64,000 nt of DNA from a bacterium (GTDB lineage: Bacteria; UBA8248), in contig CBDBBI010000010.1 of assembly GCA_965202625.1 (NCBI GenBank), forward strand, positions 1,088,001 through 1,152,000. The letters run 5' to 3'. A program made the translations under genes and the position numbers. Every line of letters begins with the position of its first letter. Positions within the stretch are counted from its first letter, which is position 1. The notes under the pieces are model-generated. The model ran no database searches, was not told the origin of the DNA, and was given only the letters and a program-made list of their open reading frames with translations. Below are positions 10,315 to 21,900 of the stretch, piece after piece.

Positions 10315-11472
10315 TCATGATGTCATGTCAACCCAGCCACCCTCGCGAGCACTGCGCAGACATACCTCAGCCAGCCGGACGTCGCGGATTCCGGCCGATA
10401 GATCGGCGTAAAAAGGTTCATCCCTCGTCACGTGGCGGATAAAGCGCTCCCAGCCGAAGCGATAGGGATTCTTGTAAGGCGCTCGTTCGGGCACTTCCTC
10501 CCAACCCTCTCGATAATCCACTGAAACTTCCATGGCATCCGCGTCGCGTCCCATGAGAAAGCCACGCACCACTGGCGTATCATGCGCCGCCTGCCTCCAA
10601 CAGCGTCTCAGGCCGGCCACAACCGATCCGTCCGTTCCATCGACCTGGAATGTCACCAGGTCTTCGCGCCACACACGAGTGGACCAAGAGGTAGAAATCA
10701 AACCCCGCGCGCCGCTTTTAAGTTCGATGAGGGTATGCGCGTTGTCTTCGACATCCGTCTCAAAGCGCTCTCCCGCCTCATCGACGCGCTCGATTTGCCC
10801 CGTCCACGAGAGGGCGGCCACGCGCGAGATCGGCCCAAGGACGCCCTCTACAACATAGCGCCAATGCGGGTGCATGTCCGAGATGAGTCCGCCTCCGCGC
10901 CCCTTTTGGTAGTTCCAGCTCGGACGCTGGGATGCCGCCTCGACTCCGTCGAACACCCACCACCCGAACTGAATCTGAAAACCGATGACGCGGCCCAAAA
11001 AGCCGCTCTCCACAACCCGCAGCAGCTTCAGAAACCCCGGCAAGAAAAGCTTATCCTCCACAGCACCATGCTTGATTCCCTTCGCCCGCGCCGCGCGCAA
11101 CAGGTGCTCTCCATCCTGGACGGTGGGTGCCACCGGCTTTTCGGAGTAAACATGCTTCGAGGAGGCGATGGCGCGCTCCAGAGTATCCAGTCTTAAATAC
11201 GTGGTCGCCGCGTCAAAAAAGACGGGATACGCCGGATTCGCGAGAGCCGCGTCCAGATCACACGTCCATTCGAGACCACCATTTTCTTCCGCCAGTTTCG
11301 CGAGTCGCTCCGCATTCCTGCCGACGAGGAGCAACTTCGGCAAAACTCTCTCATCGCCCAGGTCGAGTCCGCCCTCGTCAATGATGGGCACGAGCGCGTT
11401 CCGCAAGTGCTGCAAGGAGCAGATGCCACCCGTCGCTCCATGCAGAATGATGCCCAACTCCCGCGTCGCCAT
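10315..11472 (-). CDS. Gfo/Idh/MocA family oxidoreductase
   Basis: HVYSEKPVA, DKLFLPG, FGWWVFDG..QRPSWNY, DMHPHWRY. Confidence 0.9.
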   Translation of the reverse strand: MATRELGIILHGATGGICSLQHLRNALVPIIDEGGLDLGDERVLPKLLLVGRNAERLAKLAEENGGLEWTCDLDAALANPAYPVFFDAATTYLRLDTLERAIASSKHVYSEKPVAPTVQDGEHLLRAARAKGIKHGAVEDKLFLPGFLKLLRVVESGFLGRVIGFQIQFGWWVFDGVEAASQRPSWNYQKGRGGGLISDMHPHWRYVVEGVLGPISRVAALSWTGQIERVDEAGERFETDVEDNAHTLIELKSGARGLISTSWSTRVWREDLVTFQVDGTDGSVVAGLRRCWRQAAHDTPVVRGFLMGRDADAMEVSVDYREGWEEVPERAPYKNPYRFGWERFIRHVTRDEPFYADLSAGIRDVRLAEVCLRSAREGGWVDMTS

Positions 11473-11580
11473 GTATTCGCCTCGTCCCTACTAATTTTCC
11501 TGAAGCCCCTACAACACCCACCAACATTGAAGTAAAGAAACACAGGGAATCACCAAAAGGGTGGGCACGTCGAGACGCCG

Positions 11581-12711
11581 CTACGCTTCTAGACCGGCCA
11601 TCAACTCCGCCGGATCGATCGGGAGTTTCAGCTCCGCGCCGCGCTTGGCTGAGAGGTCCATCGCCATGGTCAACATGAGGTTGCGATGACCCTCGGCGGC
11701 GGTCGCATGGGGGGTGCGCTTGCCCGAATAAATCCTCTGGAACCAGGAGTTGGTCTCCTCGCGCATCGGGCCCCAAAGTTCTCCGTCATAGATGTCGCCA
11801 GGGGGGAAACTCGTGAGAAAGTCGACGTTGCGCCGCGCTTTTAAGTCAAAATCCTCAGGCTGATAGGCGGGCCCTTGTGAGAATTCAGACGCCATCACGA
11901 CATCTCGGTGCGTGTCCTCGATATCTACCACCCCCTTGGCGCCTACGATTCCGATCTCAAGCCCATACACCGCGCCAGGCCATTCCTTGGGCAACGCCCA
12001 GCAAATGTTCATACTCCAGATGGCGCCATTCTCCATCGTGAACACGCCGAAAGTGGCGTCCTTGGTGCCCAGATCGCTCAATATCCCCTCTGTCGATCGC
12101 GCGAAAATCGAAACCGGCTTCGCGTCACCCATCAGCCACATGCACATGTCGAGACTATGGGTGCCGGAGACGACCATGGGCGTTAAAAAGCGGCGATCCT
12201 GAGAAAGCCGAACCTCTCCGCTCGGCGCCATCCGGTTCATGAAGGCGCGCGTGACCGCCGCGGTGATATCGCCGATCTGGCCACTGTCAATGCGCTCCTT
12301 GACAGCTAGAAATCGCCGACGAAAACGCTGGGTATAACCGACGACGGCGTCCACTCCGGCCGATTCGATGGACGAGAGCACGAAGGCGGACTCGCGTGCG
12401 TCCGTGGCGAGAGGTTTTTCAATCAGAAGGGATAAGCCGCGCTCCGCCGCGGCGAGGGTAGGCGCGATGTGCGCCCAGGTCGACGTTGCAATGATGGCCG
12501 CGTCCACCTCTGGGCGGGCGATGAGTTCCTGAAAGTCAGTGGTGAAGTAGTCGGCGCCAATGTCCGCTTTGAGGTTCTCGCCAACCTTTTCATTGACGTC
12601 GCTGAGACCAATCCACCCAATTCCGGGAAAATCCCTAGCCAACGCGCCCCGAATACGCCCCACGACCCCGCAACCGACAATAGCCAGTCCAAGTTCTTTT
12701 TTGTTCGCCAT
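11581..12711 (-). CDS. Gfo/Idh/MocA family oxidoreductase
   Basis: AIVGCGVVG Rossmann motif, LIEKPLA, VGYTQRF, GTHSLD. Confidence 0.9.
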   Translation of the reverse strand: MANKKELGLAIVGCGVVGRIRGALARDFPGIGWIGLSDVNEKVGENLKADIGADYFTTDFQELIARPEVDAAIIATSTWAHIAPTLAAAERGLSLLIEKPLATDARESAFVLSSIESAGVDAVVGYTQRFRRRFLAVKERIDSGQIGDITAAVTRAFMNRMAPSGEVRLSQDRRFLTPMVVSGTHSLDMCMWLMGDAKPVSIFARSTEGILSDLGTKDATFGVFTMENGAIWSMNICWALPKEWPGAVYGLEIGIVGAKGVVDIEDTHRDVVMASEFSQGPAYQPEDFDLKARRNVDFLTSFPPGDIYDGELWGPMREETNSWFQRIYSGKRTPHATAAEGHRNLMLTMAMDLSAKRGAELKLPIDPAELMAGLEA

Positions 12712-12910
12712 TCCCTTTTCCTCTCTGTCCTAAAAGCCCCAGCCCCATGCCTGCACCGCCAGAGGCAAAACCATCGAGTCGCCCGCAGAATAAAACAAGA
12801 ATACGGAATTATAATATACGGGATGGAGTTCAGGAAGGTGCTAAGGACATCCGAGCACATGATTCCGCTCTTCGGACTTCGCGAAGACAAGCGGCGTTAC
12901 TTCACGCGCG

Positions 12911-12959
12911 ATAAAACAACAAAGGGCCGCGCTAGTTGAGCGGCCCTTTGTTGTTTTAT
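12911..12959 (-). terminator. Intrinsic terminator downstream of tRNA-fMet (probably bidirectional)
   Basis: 20-bp perfect inverted repeat ATAAAACAACAAAGGGCCGC / GCGGCCCTTTGTTGTTTTAT. Confidence 0.85.
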
Positions 12960-12961
12960 TT

Positions 12962-13038
<77 letters not shown>

Positions 13039-13141
13039 TCAATGGGTACTTCCTATTGAGACAAAATCATTATACCACCGAGAGCGGATTTCCGCAAGCA
13101 CGCGGAAGATTCCAAAAATATCAAGAGAGAATCCTCTCACA

Positions 13142-13465
13142 TTATTTCGGGGAGGGAATGAATTCATAGACAACCTCCCCTTTTTTCACCAGCCCCAAGT
13201 CTTCGCGCGCAATTCTCTCGATCGCGCGCATATCAGAGCGCAAAGAACGAATTTCGGCTCGCAACTCCTTATTTTTCGACTCGATTTCCTTGATCTCGCG
13301 CTTAAGCCCAGACACCCGCCCCTCGTTCGCCATGACGGCTAGATAGCCATCCTGGCCTATCCACGCTGAACCCAGCAACAAGGCGATGACGCCCGCCGAG
13401 AGCCAAAAGAAAAGTCTGCTTCCCGTAAAATGGCCCGTGCTGGAGGACTGCCCTGGTTTTCCCAT
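13142..13465 (-). CDS. ftsB: Septum formation initiator FtsB/DivIC (start may extend to 13501)
   Basis: Single TM helix, coiled coil, IERIAREDLGLVKKGEVVY. Confidence 0.85.
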   Translation of the reverse strand: MGKPGQSSSTGHFTGSRLFFWLSAGVIALLLGSAWIGQDGYLAVMANEGRVSGLKREIKEIESKNKELRAEIRSLRSDMRAIERIAREDLGLVKKGEVVYEFIPSPK

Positions 13466-13497
13466 CACACTGGTAAGACTCCCTGGCCTGTGCCACA

Positions 13498-14784
13498 TCA
13501 ACAGAGCTCGGCGAACGTTTCTCGGGCTGCGGACAGCGTAGCCTCCAACTTCTCATCTGTATGGACGGAGGACATAAATCCCACCTCAAACTGGCTTGGG
13601 GCCAACGCCACGCCTCTTTTTAACATAGAATGAAAGAATTTGGCATACCGCTCCGTATCCGAGCGCATAGCGTCCGAGAAATTCCGCACCGGCCTCGCCT
13701 GAAAAAACGCACCGAACATCGACCCGCATCGCGCGGCGACAAGCGGGACGCCCGCTACCCGCGCCGCATCCGACATTCCGTCAGAGAGCATCTTCACCCT
13801 CTCGGCCAAGGCTTCCGGCAGCCCTTCCTCCTCAATGATTCGCAGCGTCTCGACGCCCGCCGTCATGGCCAGGGGGTTTCCGGAAAGCGTGCCCGCCTGA
13901 TAGACGGTGCCTAGGGGCGCGACGCATTCCATCACGTCGCGCCTTCCGCCGTAAGCACCCACGGGCATGCCGCCGCCAATCACCTTCCCGAGAGTGGTCA
14001 AATCAGGCGCGACCCCGAAAAGCGCCTGCGCACCGCCTCTCGCCACACGGAAACCCGTCATCACCTCATCGAAAATGAGCAAAGCCCCCGCCTTTTCGGT
14101 CTCCTCTCTCAAAACTTGCAAAAACCCGGCGTCAGGAAGAATGAGTCCCATGTTGCCGGCCACGGGCTCGACGATGAGGGCGGCGACGTCCGCTCCTCGC
14201 AGGGCGAAGAAATCCCTCACCGCTGCAGCGTCGTTATAGGGGAGCGTCGCTGTGTTTCGCGCGTAATCCCGCGGCACGCCCCCGCTGTCCGGCACGCCCA
14301 GGGTGGCGCCGCCGCTGCCGGCCTTGACGAGCAATCCATCGGCGTGTCCGTGGTAGCAACCATCGAATTTAACTATCACGTCCCGGGCCGTGAACCCACG
14401 CGCGAGGCGAATGGCCGACATCGTCGCCTCGGTGCCCGAGTTCACGAAGCGCAGCAACTCCATGGAGGGATACGCAGCGTTCACCAACTCAGCTAACTCG
14501 GTTTCAAGGGCCGTGGGCGCACCGAAGCTCATCCCTCGAGCCGCTGCCTCTTGCACCGCCCTCACCACGCGCGGGTGGGAATGGCCCAAGAGCAACGGTC
14601 CCCAAGAAAGCACGTAATCAATATAGACGTTTCCATCAACGTCCCATATGTGGGCACCCGCCCCTTTCTCGACGAAAAAAGGCGCGCCGCCGACGCCCTG
14701 AAACGCGCGGACGGGGGAATCCACTCCCCCCGGAATGCGGCTTTGCGCAAGCGCGAACAGTTTTTCGGATTTACCCCGATTCAC
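13498..14784 (-). CDS. hemL: Glutamate-1-semialdehyde 2,1-aminomutase
   Basis: [53 protein letters not shown]. Confidence 0.97.
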   Translation of the reverse strand: MNRGKSEKLFALAQSRIPGGVDSPVRAFQGVGGAPFFVEKGAGAHIWDVDGNVYIDYVLSWGPLLLGHSHPRVVRAVQEAAARGMSFGAPTALETELAELVNAAYPSMELLRFVNSGTEATMSAIRLARGFTARDVIVKFDGCYHGHADGLLVKAGSGGATLGVPDSGGVPRDYARNTATLPYNDAAAVRDFFALRGADVAALIVEPVAGNMGLILPDAGFLQVLREETEKAGALLIFDEVMTGFRVARGGAQALFGVAPDLTTLGKVIGGGMPVGAYGGRRDVMECVAPLGTVYQAGTLSGNPLAMTAGVETLRIIEEEGLPEALAERVKMLSDGMSDAARVAGVPLVAARCGSMFGAFFQARPVRNFSDAMRSDTERYAKFFHSMLKRGVALAPSQFEVGFMSSVHTDEKLEATLSAARETFAELC

Positions 14785-15644
14785 GATACGTATTTTCCAA
14801 TCAAATGACGCAGGCGCTCTTTCGCCTCACTCGGAATGCAGGCCGGTTCAGTGATGATGGCTTTCTCCAAAATGCCGGCGAAGGGACTGTCGCCGTCGAT
14901 CGCAGGCACCGCCTCCTGGATAATATGCTGGGCGAGAGTCGCGTTGCGCTTGAGCAGGGCGACCACGGCCTCCACGCTCACCGCCGCTTCCTCCTCGCAC
15001 CAACAGTCATAGTCCGTCGCAAGCGCAATGGTGGCGTAGCTCATCTCCGCCTCTCGGGCGAGCTTCGCCTCCGGCATATTCGTCATCCCGATGACGGAAG
15101 CGCCCCAATCGCGGTAGCGAAAACTCTCCGCCCGGCTGCTGAACTGGGGACCTTCCATGCACACATACGTGCCGCCGGTGTGCGCGGTCGCGCCCACTCT
15201 GAGTGCCGCGCCCATCAGTATCTCACTCAAAACCCCGCAAACCGGATCGGCCATCGACACGTGGGCGACGACGCCATCGCCAAAAAACGTAGATGGCCGC
15301 ATTTTGGTAAGGTCAATGAACTGGTCGGGAACCACGACATGGCCCGGCTGGATGTCTTCTCGCAGGCTACCCACCGCGCTGACAGAAATGAGCCACTCCA
15401 CGCCCAACTGTTTGAAGCCATGGACGTTGGCCCTAAAGGGAATTTCGCTCGGCATGAACACGTGCCCCTCTCCGTGTCTCGGCAAAAACGCGACTCGCCG
15501 ACCAAGGAGCGTCCCCAGGAGGTAAGGGGCCGAGGGGGTGCCGTAGGGTGTATCCAAGACGCGGTTTTCCACGTCAACCAAGTCCGCCATCCCATAAAGG
15601 CCGCTGCCGCCGATGACCCCAATTTTCGCGTCAGACACCGCCAT
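14781..15644 (-). CDS. mtnP: S-methyl-5'-thioadenosine phosphorylase
   Basis: [51 protein letters not shown]. Confidence 0.95.
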   Translation of the reverse strand: MAVSDAKIGVIGGSGLYGMADLVDVENRVLDTPYGTPSAPYLLGTLLGRRVAFLPRHGEGHVFMPSEIPFRANVHGFKQLGVEWLISVSAVGSLREDIQPGHVVVPDQFIDLTKMRPSTFFGDGVVAHVSMADPVCGVLSEILMGAALRVGATAHTGGTYVCMEGPQFSSRAESFRYRDWGASVIGMTNMPEAKLAREAEMSYATIALATDYDCWCEEEAAVSVEAVVALLKRNATLAQHIIQEAVPAIDGDSPFAGILEKAIITEPACIPSEAKERLRHLIGKYVS

Positions 15645-15656
15645 GCTCCTTGTCCG

Positions 15657-16691
15657 TCATCGCCTGCCTCGTGGGGACAGTGACAGCATTCCCATCTCAA
15701 GCAGCGCCTCGGCAATTTGCACCGCGTTGAGCGCGGCGCCCTTTCGCAAGTTGTCCGCCACGATCCACAGGTTGAGCGTTTTCTCCCGGGAATCATCTCG
15801 GCGTATTCGACCAACGAATACGGAATCCTTCCCATTCGCGTGCCTAGGCATGGGATACGCGAACGATTCCACGTCATCCACCACCTCCACGCCCGGGGCG
15901 CGGGCCAGCAACCCCCGCGCCTCTTCCGGCGAAATGGACTCCTCGAACTCCACGTTCACCGATTCCGAATGCGCGTTAAAAACGGGCACCCGCACGCATG
16001 TGGCGCTGATGGCCAGACGAGGCGCGCCCAGAATCTTTCGCGTCTCGTCCACCATTTTCCTCTCTTCTTTCGTATGCCCACCATCAACAAAGCGGTCGAT
16101 TTGGGGCAGGCAGTTGAAGGCGATTTCATAGGGCATTTTTCGAGAGGGAGCGGATTCGCCACGCGCACGGGCGTCGATTTGCGCCTGCATCTCATCCATC
16201 GCAGCCCCTCCCGCCCCGCTCACCGCCTGATAGGTGCTCACCACAACTCTTCTGACGCGGACGGCATCGTGAAGAGGATTGAGCGCCACCACGAGCTGGA
16301 TGGTGGAGCAGTTCGGGTTCGCGATGACACCCTGATGCGCCTCCACTGCACCCGCGTTAACCTCCGGCACTACAAGGGGAACATTCTCGTCCATGCGAAA
16401 GGCGCTGGAATTGTCCACGACCACCGCACCCGCGCGCACCGCCTCGGGCGCGAACGCAAGCGACTGGGAGGTGCCACATGAGAAAAGCGCTAAGTCCACG
16501 CCCTCGAACGCTCCCTCGCCGAGTTCTCTGACGGGAAGAGCCGCGCCTCTAAACGAAATTTCTCGCCCCGCGCTGCGCGCGCTCGCCAGCAAGAGGACTT
16601 CGTCGATGGGAAAACGCCGCTCCTCCAAAATCTTGAGCATCTCTCCGCCCACGACGCCTGTGGCTCCGACGACCGCGACGCGCGTCATCAT
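15657..16691 (-). CDS. asd: Aspartate-semialdehyde dehydrogenase
   Basis: VGATGVVG, DNSSAFRM, ANPNCSTIQ, TCVRVPV, DNLRKGAALNAVQIAE. Confidence 0.97.
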   Translation of the reverse strand: MMTRVAVVGATGVVGGEMLKILEERRFPIDEVLLLASARSAGREISFRGAALPVRELGEGAFEGVDLALFSCGTSQSLAFAPEAVRAGAVVVDNSSAFRMDENVPLVVPEVNAGAVEAHQGVIANPNCSTIQLVVALNPLHDAVRVRRVVVSTYQAVSGAGGAAMDEMQAQIDARARGESAPSRKMPYEIAFNCLPQIDRFVDGGHTKEERKMVDETRKILGAPRLAISATCVRVPVFNAHSESVNVEFEESISPEEARGLLARAPGVEVVDDVESFAYPMPRHANGKDSVFVGRIRRDDSREKTLNLWIVADNLRKGAALNAVQIAEALLEMGMLSLSPRGRR

Positions 16692-17773
16692 CCCCTCCCT
16701 ACGAGACTGGCGATGCGCGCGCCCATCTCGGCGCAGCCCACCTCCTTCGCGCCGGACGTATGGACGTCAGGCGTTCGTAGACCCTCATCAAGCGCCGAAG
16801 CGACAGCCACTTCGATCGCTTCGGCCACGTCCCCCCGCTTGAGCGAGTAGCGGCACAGCATAGCCGCAGACATCACCGCCGCAATCGGGTTCGCCTTGTC
16901 CTGGCCGGCGATGTCGGGCGCCGTTCCATGCACCGGTTCATAAAGACCAAATCCGGTATCGTTGAGGTTCGCCGAGGCAAGCATGCCGATGGAGCCCGTG
17001 AGCATGGAGGCGGCATCGCTCAAAATATCCCCGAACATGTTGCCCGTCACGATGACGTCGAACTGCAGCGGGTCGCGGATCAACTGCATCGCTGCATTGT
17101 CAACATACATATGGCTGATCTCGACTCCTGGAAACTCCGCAGAGACGTCTGTGGCGACCTTGCGCCACAGACGGCCGTTATCCAGAACGTTCTCCTTATC
17201 CACCGAGCAGATCTTCTTTCTCCGCGCGGCCGCAAGCTCAAACGCGAGACGAACGATTCGGCGAATCTCGCCGGTGGTATACGTCATCGTGTCGACCGCT
17301 TTCTCCTCATCCGCCGAGAGGCGCTCGACCCCTCTGGGCCGGCCGAAGTAAATGCCGCTCACGCCCTCGCGCACGACGAGGAGGTCGAGGCCGTGAACTA
17401 CTTCGGGCTTGAGCGAGGAGGCTTCCACCAGAGGCTCGAACATGACGGCAGGTCTCAAATTGGCGAAAAGGCTCAATTCCTTCCTCAAGCCCAGAATGGC
17501 TTGCTCGGGGCGCTTCTCGCGCGGGAGCGCATCCCACTCGGGGCCTCCCACGGCGCCGAACAACCCAGCGTCGCTCCTGCGGCAAAGCGCAATGGTCTCC
17601 GCAGGCAAGGGCTCTCCCGTCGCGTCATAGGCGACGCCGCCGCAAAGCCCTTCCTCGAAATCGAAATCCACCCCGAAGCGCGTGCCTGCCGCCTCCAACA
17701 CCAAGGACGCCTGCGCCACCACCTCCTGACCGATGCCATCGCCCGGCAAGACGGCTATCCGATAACGGCTCAT
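16688..17773 (-). CDS. leuB: 3-isopropylmalate dehydrogenase
   Basis: LPGDGIG, LFANLRP, NMFGDILSD, EPVHGTAPDIAG. Confidence 0.96.
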   Translation of the reverse strand: MSRYRIAVLPGDGIGQEVVAQASLVLEAAGTRFGVDFDFEEGLCGGVAYDATGEPLPAETIALCRRSDAGLFGAVGGPEWDALPREKRPEQAILGLRKELSLFANLRPAVMFEPLVEASSLKPEVVHGLDLLVVREGVSGIYFGRPRGVERLSADEEKAVDTMTYTTGEIRRIVRLAFELAAARRKKICSVDKENVLDNGRLWRKVATDVSAEFPGVEISHMYVDNAAMQLIRDPLQFDVIVTGNMFGDILSDAASMLTGSIGMLASANLNDTGFGLYEPVHGTAPDIAGQDKANPIAAVMSAAMLCRYSLKRGDVAEAIEVAVASALDEGLRTPDVHTSGAKEVGCAEMGARIASLVGRG

Positions 17774-18396
17774 TGAAAACTTCCCTCCCCTCGCGCCTGT
17801 CGCTCAAAATTCGAGGTGTATGGCAGCCCCCGCGCCACCTCCTTGACCCGGGGGAGGTTCCCCCTCAAATTGGCGAGCATGTCCCACGCGCCGAACAGAA
17901 ACGCTTTCCTGCGCTCCTCGGGAATCTCAATGGAAATGACGGTCTCCTCGAAGCTGACGGTGGAGTTTCTGACGTCTATGGTGAAGCGCGTTTCTGGTGC
18001 CTCTTGCGCTTGGCTGGCGAGGAGATGGACGTCATCCGCCGACGCCACGCCGAGCGGCACGCCGATGGCGAAGCAGTTTCCCGCGAAAATTTCGGCGAAC
18101 GATACACCGATGAGCGCGTCGACGCCGTAGCGCTTGAGTGCCTGTGGGGCGTGCTCGCGCGAGGAGCCAGAACCAAAGTTCTTGCCCACGAACATCATTT
18201 TGGCACCTTTGTACGCAGGATTGTCAATGGGATGATCGGGCGTGTTCTCGCGTTCGTCGCAAAAAAGCGCCCTCTCCATGCCCTCAAAGGTGATGGCCTT
18301 GAGAAACCGGGCCGGCGTGATTCTATCGGTATCAATGTCGTCTCGGAGCATGGGAATGGCCTTTCCCGTAATTCTTTCAATACGCCGGGCGCTCAT
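17770..18396 (-). CDS. leuD: 3-isopropylmalate dehydratase small subunit
   Basis: DIDTDRITPARFLK, NFGSGSSREHAPQAL, SFAEIF. Confidence 0.96.
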   Translation of the reverse strand: MSARRIERITGKAIPMLRDDIDTDRITPARFLKAITFEGMERALFCDERENTPDHPIDNPAYKGAKMMFVGKNFGSGSSREHAPQALKRYGVDALIGVSFAEIFAGNCFAIGVPLGVASADDVHLLASQAQEAPETRFTIDVRNSTVSFEETVISIEIPEERRKAFLFGAWDMLANLRGNLPRVKEVARGLPYTSNFERQARGEGSFQ

Positions 18397-19805
18397 GCTG
18401 ACTCTCCCATCTCCCTAGGATCCGCGATGCGGCCCGCGATCGCCGACGAGACGACAAGGGCCGGGCTACCCAGGTGGGTTCTCCCGCGCGGGCTGCCCTG
18501 GCGTCCGATGAAATTGCGGTTCGACGTAGAGATGCTCCTCTCCGCGCCCTCGAGTTTGTCCGGGTTCATACCCAGACACATCGAACATCCCGCCTCGCGC
18601 CACTCCGCGCCCGCCTCTTGGAAAACCTCGTGCAAGCCCTCCTGCTCCGCCTGTCGCTTCACCTGCTGCGAGCCGGGCACCACCAGCATCTTCACCTTCG
18701 GGTGCACCTTGTTTCCCCTGATGAGCCGCGCGCCCTCGCGCAAATCAGAGATTCTCGAATTCGTACAGGAACCGAGAAAGGCGACGTCAACCTTCGTGCC
18801 TAGAATCGCCTCGCCAGGCTTGAGGCCCATGAACTCGTAGCCATGCTCCGCCGTTTTCCTATCCTCGCCCGAGAAGCGACTCACCTCGGGAAGAGGGGCC
18901 GAAACCGCGACCGACTGCCCCGGGTTGATGCCCCAGGTGACCATCGGCTCGATTGACTCGCCCTCCACCTCATAGAGTTCGTCATATTCCGCGTCCCCGC
19001 CCGAAGCGACCTCTTTCCAATAGGAGAGACCTTTCTCCCAGGCCTCTCCTTCGGGGCTCAACTCGCGACCTGCGAGGTAGTCATAGGTCGTTTGATCCGG
19101 ATTCACGTAGCCGATGCGAGCGCCCCCCTCAATGCTCATGTTGCAGACCGTCATGCGTCCTTCCATCGACATGGACGCAAAAACGTCTCCGCCATACTCA
19201 TAGGCGAAACCCAGCCCGCCCTTGATGCCCAGATCGTGGATGATTCGCAAAATCACGTCCTTGGGCGTCACGCCGGGGCCAAGGACCCCTGAGACGTCGA
19301 TTCTCTTCACCCGCAGGCGATTCAACGCCAGCGTCTGCGTCGCCAGCACGTGCCCCACCTCGGTCGTGCCGATTCCGAAACCCAGGGAGCCCATCGCGCC
19401 GTGCGTGCTCGTGTGGCTGTCACCGCAGGCGATGGTCATACCGGGCTGACTCAACCCCAGCTCCGGCCCGATGACGTGAACGATGCCCTGCTTGCCGGAG
19501 CCCAAATGCAAAAAGCGGACGCCGAACTCGCTCACGTTCTCCTCTAGGGCGGCCATCATCCTCTCCGCCTGCTCATCCTCGTAGGGTCTTATTTGCTTCA
19601 GAGTGGGTATAATATGGTCCACGGTCGCCACTGTCCGGTCGGGAAAAGCAACGCCGGCACCGATTTCCTTGAGCATGGCGAACGCCTGGGGGGTAGTGAC
19701 CTCGTGGATGAGGTGCAGGCCGATGAATATCTGCTCCTGCCCGGAGTCGAGATGGGCCACGGTGTGAGAATCCCAAACCTTATCGTAGAGTGTGTTTTTC
19801 GACAT
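18393..19805 (-). CDS. leuC: 3-isopropylmalate dehydratase large subunit
   Basis: HEVTTPQAF, CGDSHTSTHGA, GSCTNSR, GCSMCLGMN, STSNRNF. Confidence 0.97.
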   Translation of the reverse strand: MSKNTLYDKVWDSHTVAHLDSGQEQIFIGLHLIHEVTTPQAFAMLKEIGAGVAFPDRTVATVDHIIPTLKQIRPYEDEQAERMMAALEENVSEFGVRFLHLGSGKQGIVHVIGPELGLSQPGMTIACGDSHTSTHGAMGSLGFGIGTTEVGHVLATQTLALNRLRVKRIDVSGVLGPGVTPKDVILRIIHDLGIKGGLGFAYEYGGDVFASMSMEGRMTVCNMSIEGGARIGYVNPDQTTYDYLAGRELSPEGEAWEKGLSYWKEVASGGDAEYDELYEVEGESIEPMVTWGINPGQSVAVSAPLPEVSRFSGEDRKTAEHGYEFMGLKPGEAILGTKVDVAFLGSCTNSRISDLREGARLIRGNKVHPKVKMLVVPGSQQVKRQAEQEGLHEVFQEAGAEWREAGCSMCLGMNPDKLEGAERSISTSNRNFIGRQGSPRGRTHLGSPALVVSSAIAGRIADPREMGESA

Positions 19806-19861
19806 GGCATCATCCTCAAAATGATTCTACAGACCCTCACGCGCCGCGTTGAAGCTCGATA

Positions 19862-20683
19862 TTAAGAAGCCATCTTCGAGCGATCGAGCCCTTCGCGCAA
19901 AGCGGCGACGTACGCGCGCGCCGCCGCCATCTTACCCTCCCGCTCCACCTGTGCCTCCATGACGTCTATCAGGGCACTGCCCACGATGACGCCATCGGCG
20001 TGCCAAGCCGCTTCCGCCGCCTGCTCGGGCGTCTTGATGCCGAAACCCACGAGGACGGGCCGGCTCTTCACCCGATTGATCCGCGCCAAGGTAGCACCTA
20101 AATCGATATCCAGCGCGTCGCGCGCGCCGGTGACCCCCATTTGTCCGACATAATAGATGAAGCCGCCACCCGCCTCGTTCACCAGTTCGATCCGCTCCTG
20201 CGTGCTCGTGGGCGCAAGCATAAAAACGGGCTCGAGAGGATAATCTTCCATCATATCGAGCAAATCGCCCGCTTCCTCGGGCGGCAGGTCGGGCACGATG
20301 ACAGCGTCGGCCCCCACTCTCGAGGCGTCGCGCACAAACTGCGCCATCCCCATCGCGACGATGGGGTTGTAATACGTCATCAGGACCAAGGGCGCGCCGG
20401 GCATCTCTGAGCGGACTTCACGCACCATCTCCAAAACGCCGCTCAAGCGCGTCCCCCCTGCAAGCGAACGCATGCTCGACCGCTGGATGGTGGGTCCATC
20501 CGCAAGAGGATCGCTGAAGGGAACCCCTATTTCGAAACCATCCGCCCCTGCCTGGGCGAGCAGAGGCAGCAAGCACCGGGTGAACGCCAGGTCCGGGTCG
20601 CCCGCGGTGACGAAAGGGAACAGGCCGGCCCGGCCCTCCGCGCGCAAGCGCGCGAAACACGCCTCCAGTCTGTCACCCATCAT
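19862..20683 (-). CDS. trpA: Tryptophan synthase alpha chain
   Basis: [43 protein letters not shown]. Confidence 0.97.
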   Translation of the reverse strand: MMGDRLEACFARLRAEGRAGLFPFVTAGDPDLAFTRCLLPLLAQAGADGFEIGVPFSDPLADGPTIQRSSMRSLAGGTRLSGVLEMVREVRSEMPGAPLVLMTYYNPIVAMGMAQFVRDASRVGADAVIVPDLPPEEAGDLLDMMEDYPLEPVFMLAPTSTQERIELVNEAGGGFIYYVGQMGVTGARDALDIDLGATLARINRVKSRPVLVGFGIKTPEQAAEAAWHADGVIVGSALIDVMEAQVEREGKMAAARAYVAALREGLDRSKMAS

Positions 20684-21900
20684 CGCGCGTCCTCATCGTC
20701 GAGCATCTCCGACAAAAGCCCCTCCGCCTGATGAACGTCCTTGTCCCCTCGACCGGACAGGCAAAGCACCACGGTCTTCATCTCGCCCGCCTCCTGCGTC
20801 TCTCTGGCAAGACGATCCAGGTAAGAGATCGCGTGGGCGCTCTCAAAAGCGGGAATGACGCCCTCGAGCACGGAGAGCTTCTGAAATGCCTTGAGCGCGT
20901 CGTGATCTTCCACCGTCACGTAGTGCGCGCGCGCTGAATCCTTCAGATAAGAGTGCTCGGGGCCCACTCCCGGATAATCAAGGCCCGCCGATACCGAATG
21001 CGCCGGAATGATCTGCCCATCCGCGTCGTAAAGCAAAAACGTCTCGCAGCCATGTAAAACGCCTATGCGACCGGCGGTCAACGACGCGCCGTGCTCCTCG
21101 GTATCCAGACCCCGACCCCCCGCCTCCACGCCGATGAGTTCGACGTCTGCATCATCTATGAAAGGATAGAACAAACCGATGGCGTTGCTGCCGCCGCCCA
21201 CGCAAGCCACGCAAACGTTGGGAAGCCGGCCTTCGGCCTCGAGAATCTGCGCCCGCGCCTCCCTCCCGATGACGGACTGGAAGTCGCGGATCATCTCCGG
21301 AAACGGGTGCGGCCCCACCACAGAGCCGATGATGTAGTGGGTCGTCCGCACCGAAGCTGTCCAGTCGCGCAGCGTTTCGTTCGTCGCGTCTTTGAGGGTC
21401 TTGCTGCCCGAGGCAACCGGAACCACCCGCGCGCCCAAAAGCCGCATTCTGAACACGTTGAGCGATTGCCTCCCGATGTCCTCCTCCCCCATGTAGATGT
21501 CGCAATCCATTCCGAACAGGGCCGCGACCGTGGCGGTGGCCACCCCGTGCTGGCCCGCTCCCGTCTCGGCGATGATGCGGGTTTTCCCCAACCTCCTCGC
21601 CAGAAGAACCTGGGCGAGCGTGTTGTTGATCTTGTGGGCACCCGTATGGCAGAGATCCTCGCGCTTGAGATAGACCTTGAGCACACCCAGGTGATCGGAG
21701 AGGCGCTCCGCCAGATACAGCGGAGTGGGTCTCCCCACGAACTCTCTCAAGTAATGGGCGAGCTCCTCATGATACGCCGGATCCTCGCGCGCCTCTCGGT
21801 ATGCGCCTTCCAGCTCATCAAGCGCCGGCATGAGGGTTTCCGGAACGTAGCGCCCGCCGAATCGACCGAACCTCCCCTTTGAAATCAGCTCCTCGCTCAT
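20680..21900 (-). CDS. trpB: Tryptophan synthase beta chain
   Basis: [45 protein letters not shown]. Confidence 0.98.
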   Translation of the reverse strand: MSEELISKGRFGRFGGRYVPETLMPALDELEGAYREAREDPAYHEELAHYLREFVGRPTPLYLAERLSDHLGVLKVYLKREDLCHTGAHKINNTLAQVLLARRLGKTRIIAETGAGQHGVATATVAALFGMDCDIYMGEEDIGRQSLNVFRMRLLGARVVPVASGSKTLKDATNETLRDWTASVRTTHYIIGSVVGPHPFPEMIRDFQSVIGREARAQILEAEGRLPNVCVACVGGGSNAIGLFYPFIDDADVELIGVEAGGRGLDTEEHGASLTAGRIGVLHGCETFLLYDADGQIIPAHSVSAGLDYPGVGPEHSYLKDSARAHYVTVEDHDALKAFQKLSVLEGVIPAFESAHAISYLDRLARETQEAGEMKTVVLCLSGRGDKDVHQAEGLLSEMLDDEDAR